Under the pieces are notes generated by a model. That model was not told the origin of the DNA. It saw only the letters and a program-made list of their open reading frames with translations, and ran no database searches. Below, one piece after another: positions 46,399-55,595 of a stretch of DNA of 64,000 bases (position 1 is its first letter; each line of letters begins with the position of its first letter). Where the stretch lies: the NCBI GenBank assembly GCA_024276995.1, contig JAJRWB010000076.1:164-64163 (forward strand). The letters are read 5' to 3'. Position numbers and translations under genes: made by a program. This DNA comes from Candidatus Eiseniibacteriota bacterium (GTDB lineage Bacteria; Orphanbacterota; Orphanbacteria; Orphanbacterales; Orphanbacteraceae).

Positions 46399-46951
46399 TC
46401 CCGCCTCCTCCGCGTGCGCCGCCGCCGGGCGGAGCGTTTCGCGACGTATCGTTCGTGCCGACCTTTTCCCGCCGGAAATGCTGCAGGAGCAGCCAGCCGG
46501 CGCCCGCCATGATGAACGTGTCGGCGAAGTTGAACACACCGGTGCGGAGCGGACCGATCCCCATGTTCATGAAGTCGACCACGACGCCGTCGTAGAAGAC
46601 CCTATCGAAAAGGTTGCTCACGCCGCCGCTCACCACGAGGGTGAGGGCGTTCCTGTAGACCGTTCCCTGGCCGCCGCGGAAGCCGAAGAAGGCGAGGAGA
46701 ATGAGCCCCGCGGTGGAGACCACTACGAAGAGGAGGAACCGTCCCCGCTCGGAAAGCCCCGCGCCGAGGCTGAGAAAACCGCCCCGGTTCTCGGCGTACT
46801 GGATGCGGAACGTGTCGCCGGCGAAGATCTTCGGCGGCGAGTGGGCGATCGTACGCCGGGCGATCTCCTTCGTACCTTGGTCGAAGGAAACGAGGAGAAC
46901 GAGGAGAAGGACGTGGGGGACGATCGCGCGCGCGGGGCGGATACCTGTCAT
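46379..46951 (-). CDS. lspA: Lipoprotein signal peptidase (signal peptidase II).
   Basis: VLLLVLLVSFDQGTKEIA...NRGGFLSLGAG...VSNLFDRVFYDGVVVDFMN...FNFADTFI matches LspA conserved blocks. Confidence 0.88.
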   Translation of the reverse strand: MTGIRPARAIVPHVLLLVLLVSFDQGTKEIARRTIAHSPPKIFAGDTFRIQYAENRGGFLSLGAGLSERGRFLLFVVVSTAGLILLAFFGFRGGQGTVYRNALTLVVSGGVSNLFDRVFYDGVVVDFMNMGIGPLRTGVFNFADTFIMAGAGWLLLQHFRREKVGTNDTSRNAPPGGGARGGGGNEEEAV

Positions 46952-47172
46952 TTTACACCTTTATAATATCGGCCCGAAGCGGGGGCGAGCGCCGCCGCCG
47001 GACAGATGCGGAAACACTCGACGCACTTCGTGCACGTCTGGGAGTGAAAACGAAGTTCCATCCTCCTGAGAACGAGCGACTCGGGCAGGCACACCGCGAT
47101 GCACGCGCCGCACCGGATACATCGTTCGTGAAGGATCTGGAGGAACGGGCGAAGCGTGGCGGCGGCGGTCAT
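46948..47172 (-). CDS. 2[4Fe-4S] ferredoxin (74 aa).
   Basis: Two cluster motifs are present: CIRCGACIAVCLP and CTKCVECFRICP. Its ATG shares an A with the TGA stop of the upstream flavoprotein (TGATG coupling). Confidence 0.75.
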   Translation of the reverse strand: MTAAATLRPFLQILHERCIRCGACIAVCLPESLVLRRMELRFHSQTCTKCVECFRICPAAALAPASGRYYKGVK

Positions 47173-48377
47173 CAGAAGATCGTCCCCCTGTTCCGGTGGA
47201 TGAGAGGGAGTATTGCGAGGAGGAGCGGCACGGGGATGTGGAGGAGGCCCGCGGCGAACCGAAAGGGCCCGCCGCCTCCGCGCCGGTGTTCGAAGAGCTT
47301 CGCCGCGGTCCGGACGAGCTTCTCGAGCCGGTCGTCGTCGTAGCGATAGAGAATATTCGCCACCTTGAGATAACGGTCGTTCGCCTTTCCCGCCATACGG
47401 CGCCACTTTATCTCGTACATTCGAAGGGCGGCCGCCAGGTCTTCGCGACGACGCAGCGCCGCCCCGGCGATCGTCCCGACGAGGTCCCCCGATTCGAGGG
47501 CGTTCATGATGCCTCCCCCTGTGAGCGGATTCGCCTGGTGGGCGGCGTCGCCGGCGAGGGCCACCCCGTTGCCGATCACCGCCGGGAGCGAGCGCGAACG
47601 GCCCGCCGCACCGCCGCGCCGTTCGAGAAGAACGCATTTCGGGTCGAACCGTTCGAACAGCTTCTCGGCGAACAGCTGCGCCGGTCTCCGTGCCGCGCGC
47701 TCCGGTTCGATACCGACGCCGACATTCCACTCGCCGTTCCCCTTCGGAAACGCCCACCCGTAGCCTCCCGGGGCCACTTCACGACCGAAGTAGAATTCGA
47801 GGTAGCCGTCGCACGGCTTGTCGCTTCTCAGTCGCGCCTCGTAACAGCTGAACGTCTCGGCCGCCTTCCAGCCGGACGCGAGGTTCGCCCACCTGCCGAG
47901 CACCGACTCGACGCCGTCGGCGCCGAGCACGAACCGGCACCGCGCGCTCCACGTCTTTCCGCCTTCGAGAAACCGAACCCCCCGGACCGCCTCCCCTTCC
48001 GTGACGAGACCGACCGCCTCGCAGCCGACCCGCACTTCGGCGCCCCTCGCCTCCGCTTCCTCCGCGAGGCCGGCGTCGAACTTCTCCCTGTCGAGCATCA
48101 CCCCCGCGCCGGCAAACGTCCCGGCGGCCACCGCGCCGCGCGGGCCGAAGATCCTCGCGCCTTCGATCCTCGCGGTGATCCAGCCCGGCCGGATCGGCGT
48201 GAACTGCTCGATCTCGCCGGCCGGACCGGTCGCCTCGGCGCAGCGCACCGGCGAGCCGACGGTATCGCGCTTCTCCGCCAGGAGCACGCGAATCCCCGCC
48301 CGCGCCAGGGCGATCGCCGCGGCGCTCCCCGCCGGACCGGCGCCCACCACGATGGCGTCGTATTCATCTCGTCCCAT
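47172..48377 (-). CDS. FAD-dependent oxidoreductase of the geranylgeranyl-reductase family (a FixC-like function is possible).
   Basis: The N-terminal dinucleotide fold is YDAIVVGAGPAGSAAAIALARAGIRVLLAEKRD. GGYGWAFPKGNGEWNVGVG and AGDAAHQANPLTGGGIMNAL match GGR-family signatures. It is translationally coupled to the downstream ferredoxin. Confidence 0.7.
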   Translation of the reverse strand: MGRDEYDAIVVGAGPAGSAAAIALARAGIRVLLAEKRDTVGSPVRCAEATGPAGEIEQFTPIRPGWITARIEGARIFGPRGAVAAGTFAGAGVMLDREKFDAGLAEEAEARGAEVRVGCEAVGLVTEGEAVRGVRFLEGGKTWSARCRFVLGADGVESVLGRWANLASGWKAAETFSCYEARLRSDKPCDGYLEFYFGREVAPGGYGWAFPKGNGEWNVGVGIEPERAARRPAQLFAEKLFERFDPKCVLLERRGGAAGRSRSLPAVIGNGVALAGDAAHQANPLTGGGIMNALESGDLVGTIAGAALRRREDLAAALRMYEIKWRRMAGKANDRYLKVANILYRYDDDRLEKLVRTAAKLFEHRRGGGGPFRFAAGLLHIPVPLLLAILPLIHRNRGTIF

Positions 48378-48418
48378 GAACCGCCGGTCCCCTCCCCGCT
48401 GCGGACGTGGTTCTCCGC

Positions 48419-48447
48419 ATTATAGGAGAGGTTGTCCGGCGCCACAA
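48419..48447 (-). promoter_or_regulatory. σ70-like promoter for the minus-strand GGR-ferredoxin-lspA-tag operon.
   Basis: On the minus strand: TTGTGG, a 17-nt spacer, then a perfect TATAAT. It lies about 40 nt upstream of the GGR start, followed by a GGGGAGGGGA ribosome-binding site. Confidence 0.45.
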
Positions 48448-48499
48448 GAGGGGCCGGCGCCCCGCGGATATCGATTCAGGAGAAAAATAAAAAAAACCG

Positions 48500-48527
48500 T
48501 TGACAGAAATCGAAGGAGGCTTAGTAT
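48500..48527 (+). promoter_or_regulatory. σ70-like promoter for the plus-strand ABC (gld-like) operon.
   Basis: An A-tract (UP-like) AAAAATAAAAAAAA is followed by TTGACA at 48500-48505, a 16-nt spacer, then TAGTAT at 48522-48527. Confidence 0.5.
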
Positions 48528-48590
48528 TTTTTCCGGAACCGGGGCGAGGTCCCGCGCGTTTTTGTCATACCCCTGTTTTTCGTATAAGCA

Positions 48591-49544
48591 GTGAACGAGA
48601 CGATGATCGAAGTCAGGCACCTGTCGAAGCATTTCGGCGCCACCGTCGCGGTGGATGACGTCTCTTTCAATGTCAGTCGCGGCGAGGTGCTCGGTTTCCT
48701 CGGTCCGAACGGCGCCGGGAAGTCGACCACCATGCGGGTGCTCACCGGCTACATCCCGCCCACGAGCGGGTCGGCCCACGTGGCGGGGCTCGACCTCCGA
48801 AGCGACTCCCTCTCGGTGCGCCGCCGGATCGGCTACCTCCCGGAGAGCGCCCCCCTCTACGGCGACATGGAAGTGATCGATTTCCTCCGGTTCATCGCGT
48901 CGGTCAGGGGGATCCCCGCCGGCGAGACGACCGACCGGATCGGTCGAATGGTGCGGCGATGCGGTCTCGAAAAGGTGATCGGCCGGCCGATCCATCATCT
49001 TTCGAAGGGGTATCGCCAGCGTGTCGGACTCGCCCAGGCGATGATCCACGACCCGGACCTCCTCGTGCTCGACGAACCGACCACCGGTCTCGATCCGAAC
49101 CAGATCATCGAGATCCGCGAACTGATCCGCGAACTCGGCCGTGAGAAGACGGTAATCCTCTCCACGCATATTCTTCCCGAGGTGGAAGCGACATGCGGAA
49201 GAGTGCTGATCATCAACGACGGAAAGATCGTCGCCTCCGGAACACCGGGCGAACTCGCCCAGGGGGAAGGGAAGGAGACGGTTCATCTTTCGGTGCGCGC
49301 TCCCTCGCGCGAGGCGGTGGAGGAGAAGCTCGGTACGGGCGAGCTGGTGGAGAAGGTCTCGTGGAAGGGGAACGGCGGCGAGGGGATTCACCGGTTCGTC
49401 ATCACGGGGCCTTCGGGGAAGGGACTCGGCGAGGCGCTCTTCCACGCGGCGGTGGAGAGCGGATGGACGATCTCCGAACTGAGGCCGGAGAGGGCGAACC
49501 TCGAGGATGTGTTCCACAGGCTGACCCGGAGGGACGGACCGTGA
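48591..49544 (+). CDS. ABC transporter ATP-binding protein (GldA-like, ABC-2 subfamily).
   Basis: Walker A GPNGAGKST, the signature LSKGYRQRV, Walker B LLVLDEPTTGLD and the H-loop are present. It has a GTG start, with an alternative ATG at 48603. Confidence 0.9.
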   Translation: MNETMIEVRHLSKHFGATVAVDDVSFNVSRGEVLGFLGPNGAGKSTTMRVLTGYIPPTSGSAHVAGLDLRSDSLSVRRRIGYLPESAPLYGDMEVIDFLRFIASVRGIPAGETTDRIGRMVRRCGLEKVIGRPIHHLSKGYRQRVGLAQAMIHDPDLLVLDEPTTGLDPNQIIEIRELIRELGREKTVILSTHILPEVEATCGRVLIINDGKIVASGTPGELAQGEGKETVHLSVRAPSREAVEEKLGTGELVEKVSWKGNGGEGIHRFVITGPSGKGLGEALFHAAVESGWTISELRPERANLEDVFHRLTRRDGP

Positions 49545-50257
49545 GCAACATCAAGGCGATCACGGCGAAGGAGTTCAGGAGCTACTTCGACTCCCCCGTG
49601 GCGTATATCTATATCACATTCTTTCTCGTCCTCTCGTCGTGGCTCTTCCTGCGCGGCTTCTTCCTCATCGGCCAAGCGTCGATGCGCGGCTTCTTCGGTC
49701 TCCTCCCGTGGCTCCTCCTCTTCTTCGTTCCCGCGGTGACCATGCGGCTCTGGGCGGAAGAGAAGAAACTCGGCACCATCGAGCTGCTCATGACGCTGCC
49801 GATCCGGGATCACGAAGCGGTGATCGGGAAGTTCCTCGCCAGCTTTCTCTTTCTCACTCTCACGCTGGTGCTCTCCGTTTCCATTCCGCTGATGATCGCA
49901 CTCGTCGGCGACCCCGATCCCGGCCCGATCATCGGGGGATACATCGGCGCCGTCCTACTCGGCGCGGCCTATCTCTCCATCGGACTGTTCGTTTCGAGCC
50001 TGACGGAGAACCAGATCATCGCGTTCATCATCGGCGTGGTGGCGACCTTCGCCCTCTTCATCGTGGGCGAGGAGTTCGTGGTGTACAGCGCCCCCCACGC
50101 GCTCGTTCCGGTTCTCAAGTTCATCGGCATGGGCGCCCATTTCGACTCGATCGGCAGGGGGGTGGTCGATTCGCGCGACGTGATCTACTACCTCTCGGTG
50201 ATCGGCTTCTTTCTCTATTTGAATGTGCGCTCCCTCGAGAGCAGGAGCTGGAAGTAG
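49541..50257 (+). CDS. ABC-2 family permease (GldF-like).
   Basis: A six-TM hydrophobic protein that begins VSNIKAITAKEFRSYFDSPVAYIYITFFL. Its GTG start overlaps the ATPase stop. Confidence 0.8.
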   Translation: MSNIKAITAKEFRSYFDSPVAYIYITFFLVLSSWLFLRGFFLIGQASMRGFFGLLPWLLLFFVPAVTMRLWAEEKKLGTIELLMTLPIRDHEAVIGKFLASFLFLTLTLVLSVSIPLMIALVGDPDPGPIIGGYIGAVLLGAAYLSIGLFVSSLTENQIIAFIIGVVATFALFIVGEEFVVYSAPHALVPVLKFIGMGAHFDSIGRGVVDSRDVIYYLSVIGFFLYLNVRSLESRSWK

Positions 50258-51889
50258 ATGGACACGGGAAAGACAGCGCGCGGCACGAATTCCGTTCTGC
50301 TCGTGGGAATCGTTCTCGCGCTGCTCGTGCTGGTGAACCTCGTCGCCCAGCGTCATTTCTTCCGCCTCGACTTGACCGCGGACAAGCAGTTCACCCTCAC
50401 CGCCGCGACGAAGAACGTGCTGGGCGATCTCGATGACGTCGTGAATATCAAGGTTTACTTCTCGAACGATCTTCCCACGTACCTGGTGACGCTGCGGCAG
50501 CAGATCAAGGATATGCTCGACGAGTACCGGGCCTGGGGGGGGGAGAACCTTCTCATCGAGTGGGAAGATCCGGGCGACGATCCGCAGCTCGCCCAGCGGT
50601 GCCGGCTTCTCGGAATCCCGCAGGTGCAGCTCAATATCATCGAAAAAGACAAGGCGCAGGTGGCGAATGCCTACCTCGGCATCGCGATCCTCTACGAGGA
50701 CCGGAGTGAAGTGCTCCCGGTGGTGCAGAACGTCGATAATCTCGAATACGATCTCACCGCGGCGCTGCTCAAGGTCTACCGGAACGAACAGCCGACGGTC
50801 GGTGTCTACGGCGGGACGGAAGATCTCGACACCGGGAACGGTCTTTCGAAAATGGCGGAACTTCTCGGAAAGCAGTACAACGTGATCGACGTCGACCCGA
50901 CGTCGGGCGAGGCGATTCCCACCGATGTGCGCACCCTCGTGGTGGTGCGGCCCGACCGGCTTTCGCCGCGGGGGCAGTTCGAGATCGACCAGTTCATCAT
51001 GAGGGGGGGCAATCTTCTCCTCTTCCACGATCCGGTGAACATGACCGAGCAGTCGATGTACGCGTCCGCCCGCGAATCGGGAATGCACGAGATGCTCGAG
51101 AACTACGGCATCGACGTGGGAAGAAACCTCCTGCTCGACAGGGTGAACAGCCCCGCGGCATTCAGCCAAGGTTTCATGACGTTCAGCATCCCCTATCCCT
51201 TCTGGCCGAAATTCGTCTCCGAGGGGGTGAGCCGCACGAACCCGATGGTGAACCAGGTGGAGGGAATCGTGCTCCCATGGACGTCCACCGTGTCGGCGGC
51301 GGGAACGGTGCCCGATTCGGTGACGGTGGACACATTGCTCAGCTCGTCGCATTACGGGTGGACCATGACGAAGCGGTTCGACCTGAACCCGCAGCAACCT
51401 TTCGCCGACCGGCCGAGGTCGCCCGTCGATCCTCTCCCCGCGGCGGTCGTGGCGAGCGGCCGGTTTCCGAGCTTCTTCGCGGGGAAGGATGTTCCCCCGG
51501 TGGAACCGGCGGTGGGTGGAGATGTGGGGACGATCGCGCCGGTGGCGGACGAGGACCGCGAGGTCGTTCCGTCGGGAATCGCCGACGCCCGAATCGTCGT
51601 GTTCGGCTCCGCCAACGCCGTGCTCGACGACATGATCGGGCGGTTCCAGGCGAATTCACTTTTGCTGCAGAACGCCGTCGACTGGCTTACCCTGGGCGAT
51701 GAACTGATCGGTATCCGTTCGCGGGGCGCCACCGACAGGCCGCTCGGCGAGCTTTCCGAGGGACGGAAAACGGTGCTCCGTTTCCTCGTCACTTTCGGCG
51801 TGCCGATCCTCGTGATCCTCTTCGGACTGATCCGGTCGGTGCAGATCCGCAACCGCCGATCTGCGGTGAAGGAAGGAGCGGCCTGGTGA
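50258..51889 (+). CDS. GldG-like ABC-transporter auxiliary component.
   Basis: An N-terminal TM anchor is followed by a large periplasmic domain with the GldG family pattern (RLDLTADKQFTL...KVYFSN...) and a C-terminal TM. It is immediately downstream of the permease. Confidence 0.72.
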   Translation: MDTGKTARGTNSVLLVGIVLALLVLVNLVAQRHFFRLDLTADKQFTLTAATKNVLGDLDDVVNIKVYFSNDLPTYLVTLRQQIKDMLDEYRAWGGENLLIEWEDPGDDPQLAQRCRLLGIPQVQLNIIEKDKAQVANAYLGIAILYEDRSEVLPVVQNVDNLEYDLTAALLKVYRNEQPTVGVYGGTEDLDTGNGLSKMAELLGKQYNVIDVDPTSGEAIPTDVRTLVVVRPDRLSPRGQFEIDQFIMRGGNLLLFHDPVNMTEQSMYASARESGMHEMLENYGIDVGRNLLLDRVNSPAAFSQGFMTFSIPYPFWPKFVSEGVSRTNPMVNQVEGIVLPWTSTVSAAGTVPDSVTVDTLLSSSHYGWTMTKRFDLNPQQPFADRPRSPVDPLPAAVVASGRFPSFFAGKDVPPVEPAVGGDVGTIAPVADEDREVVPSGIADARIVVFGSANAVLDDMIGRFQANSLLLQNAVDWLTLGDELIGIRSRGATDRPLGELSEGRKTVLRFLVTFGVPILVILFGLIRSVQIRNRRSAVKEGAAW

Positions 51890-52893
51890 TGAACCGGAAT
51901 CCCGTGGTGCTCGCCGTTCTGTTCGCCGTCCTCGTCGGGTTGATCTACCTCGTCGCGAAACCGGGGGGGACGGGGAAGAAGAAGAGCGATGCTCCCGAGG
52001 TGCTCTTTGCGCAACTCGACACATCGAAAGTTGATTTCGTCACCATCCGGGACGGGGCCGACACCGTCGAACTGAAGCGGGGCGACGAGAGGTGGATGAT
52101 CTCCTCGGACAGCGATTTTCCCGCCAACCGGGAAGGTGTGTCCCGGCTCCTCGCCGAATCCGCCGGTTTCACCACGGCGAACGTCGCCTCGCGGAAACCG
52201 GAGAAGTACGCGAAGTTCGAGGTCGATTCGGCCGCGGCGGTCGAGGTGGTGCTCTTGGCGGAAGGCGACACGACGGCGCACTTCTTCGTCGGCAAGACGG
52301 GACCCGACCGGACCAGCAATTTCGTCCGTGCCGCCGGGAGGGACGAGGTGTTCCTCGAAGCGGGCCGCGTGAAAAGCGCTTTTCAGAAGCCGGCAAACTC
52401 GTGGCGGAACCGGTTGGTGATGGAACTGGAAACCGACGAGATCCGGACCCTCGAAGTGGTGCGGCGCGAAGACCGGCTCCTTTTCGAATCGGACCAAGAG
52501 GGCAACTGGTCGGTGGTCGAACCGAAGGGGTACACGCCGGTGAACGCCCTCGTGGTCGCCATGTCCCGCGTGCTGAGCCGTCTCACGGCGTCCGGTTTCC
52601 CGGACGAGGGGGATTCGACCGGCACCGGGCTCGACGAACCCGAGATCACGGTGAACGCCACGCTCTTCAACGGCACGGTCTACACCCTCGAGATCGGTGC
52701 CGAGCAGGAGGGGAAAGGGGGACGGTTCGTCCGAAAAAAGGGGGACGACGTCGTCTACATCGTTCCCTCGTCGCGGCTGAACAATTTCACCCGTCCCGCC
52801 TCCGAGCTGATCGAGCCGGCTCCGGCCGACACGACCGGTGGCGACTCGACGGCCGTCCCGGCCGGATCGACCGGCGACGACACGTCCCGTTGA
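51886..52893 (+). CDS. DUF4340-like protein usually found downstream of gldG.
   Basis: An N-terminal TM anchor is followed by VDFVTIRDGADTVELKRGDERWMISSD and a repeated β-rich pattern. It overlaps the gldG stop by 4 nt. Confidence 0.55.
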   Translation: MMNRNPVVLAVLFAVLVGLIYLVAKPGGTGKKKSDAPEVLFAQLDTSKVDFVTIRDGADTVELKRGDERWMISSDSDFPANREGVSRLLAESAGFTTANVASRKPEKYAKFEVDSAAAVEVVLLAEGDTTAHFFVGKTGPDRTSNFVRAAGRDEVFLEAGRVKSAFQKPANSWRNRLVMELETDEIRTLEVVRREDRLLFESDQEGNWSVVEPKGYTPVNALVVAMSRVLSRLTASGFPDEGDSTGTGLDEPEITVNATLFNGTVYTLEIGAEQEGKGGRFVRKKGDDVVYIVPSSRLNNFTRPASELIEPAPADTTGGDSTAVPAGSTGDDTSR

Positions 52894-52985
52894 GGGAGCC
52901 CGGAATCCCGCCGAACCCCCGCCGCCCGGACGGACGGCCCGAAGAAGACTCCCGTCCCGACCGTCCTTATTTTCCCGAGATCTAC

Positions 52986-53369
52986 ATGAAAATGGCGTTC
53001 GAACTCGCCAAACGGAGCACGTGCGCCAGGCTCCAGGTAGGCACGGTGATCTCGTCGGTCGACTACCGGCGTATTCTCGCCGTCGGCTACAACGGCAACG
53101 CCACCGGCCTGGCGAACCGTTGCGACCGTACCGAGCCCGGCAACTGCGGTTGCCTCCATAGCGAGGAGAACGCCGCCATCAACTGCGTCGAACCGCGCGA
53201 AACGCCCAAAATCGTCCTCGTCACGCACCTTCCGTGCGTCCAGTGCGCAAAGCGGTTGCTCAACCTCGGCGGTGTTCGTCGCGTCTACTACGCCCACGAA
53301 TACCGATCCGATGAATCGATCCGCATCTTCCGCGAAACCGGTATCGAGGTGGAGCGGCTGAAGATCTGA
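52986..53369 (+). CDS. dCMP / cytidine-deoxycytidylate deaminase.
   Basis: The zinc motifs C..LHSEENA...PCVQCA are present. It is 127 aa. Confidence 0.85.
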   Translation: MKMAFELAKRSTCARLQVGTVISSVDYRRILAVGYNGNATGLANRCDRTEPGNCGCLHSEENAAINCVEPRETPKIVLVTHLPCVQCAKRLLNLGGVRRVYYAHEYRSDESIRIFRETGIEVERLKI

Positions 53370-53424
53370 ACACCCGACCGGACGCCGGCGGCGCAAACGC
53401 CGTTCCCTCGCCGGATCGATCCGT

Positions 53425-54513
53425 TCAGAACCTTCCCGGCAGCGTTTCGCCGCAGTCGGGGCAGCGGCCGTCGCGGAGGCGGTTCACGCGTACCGAGTGC
53501 CAGTCCCGCTCGATGAGAACTGCGCCGCACGATGCGCACCGGGTGGCGGCGCCGTCGTCGTCGTGCACGTTGCCGACGTAGACGTGACGAACTCCGTGTT
53601 CGAGAGCGATCCCCCTGGCACGGCGGAGGGTGCCCGCCGGCGTACGCGACCGGCTGTGGAGCCGGAAGTCGGGGTGGAACGCGGTGAAGTGGAGCGGAAC
53701 GTCGTCGCCGAGTCGCTCGACGATCCAGTCGCATTGGGCGGCGAGTTCGGCGTCCGAATCGTTGAGGCCTGGGATGAGCAGCGTGGTGATCTCGAGCCAC
53801 ACGTCCGTTTCATGTCTGAGCCAGACGAGTGTCTTCTTCACCGGTTCGATCGCGCCGAGCGTCATGGTTCGGTAGAATCGGTCGGTGAACGCTTTCAGAT
53901 CGACATTCGCCGCATCGATGAATTCGAACAGTTCGCCCCGCGCTTCTTCCGTGACATAGCCGGCGGTGACCATCACATTGCGCAGGCCCGCTTCGCGGGC
54001 GCGGCGTGACACGTCGATGACGAATTCGCCGAAAATGACCGGATCGTTGTAGGTGTAGGCGATCGAGTCGCAATGTTCACGCAGGGCGACCGCCACGATC
54101 TCATCCGGCGTCACGGCGATACTGTTGCGCGCATCGATTCGCGCCTTCGACATGTGCCAGTTCTGGCAGAATCGGCATCCCAGGTTGCAGCCGGCGGTGC
54201 CGAAGGAGAGAACCGAGGTGCCCGGTAGAAAGTGATTGAGCGGCTTCTTCTCGATCGGATCGACCGCGAGAGCGGTGGGGCGGCCGTAGCCGAGAGAGAC
54301 GAGTTCGTCCCCGTCGTTCCGGCGGATATGACAGAAGCCCGCCTGGCCGTCGCGAAGCCGGCAATACCGGGGGCACAACGTGCACACCACGCGTCCATCC
54401 GCGCCGGCGCGCCACCATTTCGCGCTCGCTTCGGATCGGGTCACGGTCGCGTCCTTTCGTCCCGCATGCGCACTCCTTCGTAAAGCGTACTCCGCGCGCC
54501 CCGGCGGGGCCAC
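53425..54513 (-). CDS. AmmeMemoRadiSam-system radical SAM enzyme (PFL-activase-like).
   Basis: The N-terminal Cys cluster is CTLCPRYCRL. The radical-SAM motif is GCNLGCRFCQNWH. Glycine-rich SAM-binding blocks and a C-terminal CASCG...CPDCG motif follow. Confidence 0.8.
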   Translation of the reverse strand: MAPPGRAEYALRRSAHAGRKDATVTRSEASAKWWRAGADGRVVCTLCPRYCRLRDGQAGFCHIRRNDGDELVSLGYGRPTALAVDPIEKKPLNHFLPGTSVLSFGTAGCNLGCRFCQNWHMSKARIDARNSIAVTPDEIVAVALREHCDSIAYTYNDPVIFGEFVIDVSRRAREAGLRNVMVTAGYVTEEARGELFEFIDAANVDLKAFTDRFYRTMTLGAIEPVKKTLVWLRHETDVWLEITTLLIPGLNDSDAELAAQCDWIVERLGDDVPLHFTAFHPDFRLHSRSRTPAGTLRRARGIALEHGVRHVYVGNVHDDDGAATRCASCGAVLIERDWHSVRVNRLRDGRCPDCGETLPGRF

Positions 54514-54641
54514 TGAAAGGTGAACCGCCGCGCCCGGCCGGTAGAATTCGATTGACGGCGCCGCGCGGCGTCATTACGATCACCGGTGTGTATTTCACCT
54601 CGGAAACGGCCTTGACGGCGCACCTGACCGGGAGGTTTACG

Positions 54642-55244
54642 ATGCGTTCCTTTTATACTTCGAATACTCTGCGCGGCCTCTTCGCGGCGGCGGCTCTCGT
54701 CGTTCTCCTGGTCGGGTGCGGCATCCCCGCCGAGGACTACGACATCACCGTCGAGGAAGAACCGGCGGGCGACGAGGCGGGCGTTCCGGTGGCGGAGACG
54801 GAAAGGGCGACGAGCGATTCGAGCGCGGATGACTACTATCTCGACTCGTTCGCACGGCACAAGCACGCCACCATCAAGACCGACTTCGATACATACGACG
54901 TGCGCAACGTCGCTTTCAGCACCGGTCTCGGCTACGGGTCGAGCAACGCGCTCGCCGGCTACTATCTGAACACGAAGCTGGAGCTCGATATACGGTTCAT
55001 TTCCGAGATCCGGGTGATCGGAAGGGTCTCCCTCAGCGACGCCCTCGCGGTGCCCCATCGCTACGACATGGTGGAAGAGCAGGATCTCAACTATATCTTC
55101 CGGACGGAACTGAAAAAAACCGACGGCGAGCGGATCGAGTACATCGTCCGGATCAACCAGATCGGCGGCAACCTCCAGGAAGGGGGGGGCTTCCGGCTCG
55201 ATGGAGACGAACTGCAGACACTTCAGCGGATCGTCTTCTTCTGA
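54642..55244 (+). CDS. Hypothetical lipoprotein.
   Basis: The lipobox LLVGCG is present. A GGGAGG ribosome-binding site lies 6 nt before the ATG at 54642. The ORF-track N-extension was not used. Confidence 0.5.
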   Translation: MRSFYTSNTLRGLFAAAALVVLLVGCGIPAEDYDITVEEEPAGDEAGVPVAETERATSDSSADDYYLDSFARHKHATIKTDFDTYDVRNVAFSTGLGYGSSNALAGYYLNTKLELDIRFISEIRVIGRVSLSDALAVPHRYDMVEEQDLNYIFRTELKKTDGERIEYIVRINQIGGNLQEGGGFRLDGDELQTLQRIVFF

Positions 55245-55273
55245 CCGTCCGGCGGCGGACGGAGGAGGCTATC

Positions 55274-55507
55274 ATGGCGAAGGCGTACCTGAGGATCCAT
55301 ACCGATACGGGCAGCGAGGTGGAAGTCCGCGACGCCCTCCAGCGTATCGATGAGGTGCTTGCCGCCGACGTGACCGCCGGCGAGCAGGACATCATCTGCC
55401 TCGTGGAAGCGGATTCGGTGGCGGCGATCCTGGATATGGTGGTGACGAAGGTCCGTGGGATCGAGGGAATCCAGGGGACCACCACGAACCTCGTTCTCGA
55501 TTGGTGA
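55274..55507 (+). CDS. Stand-alone Lrp/AsnC ligand-binding (RAM) domain protein (77 aa).
   Basis: AYLRIHTDTGSEVEVRDALQRIDEVLAADVTAGEQDIICLVEADSVAAILDMVVTKVRGIEGIQGTTTNLV is a βαββαβ RAM fold pattern. Confidence 0.5.
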   Translation: MAKAYLRIHTDTGSEVEVRDALQRIDEVLAADVTAGEQDIICLVEADSVAAILDMVVTKVRGIEGIQGTTTNLVLDW

Positions 55508-55595
55508 GTGGAGCCGCCGCGCACGCGGCGGCGCGACCAGGCGAAGGGAGAGAAAAGGCCGCCCGGCGACAAAGGCGGCCTATGGTTTTTTCGGC

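Noticed and set aside
53370-53424. GGCG-CAAA-CGCC tetraloop hairpin between the convergent dCMP deaminase and radical-SAM genes.
   Set aside because: It is only a 4-bp stem with a weak UU tail. It is probably incidental.
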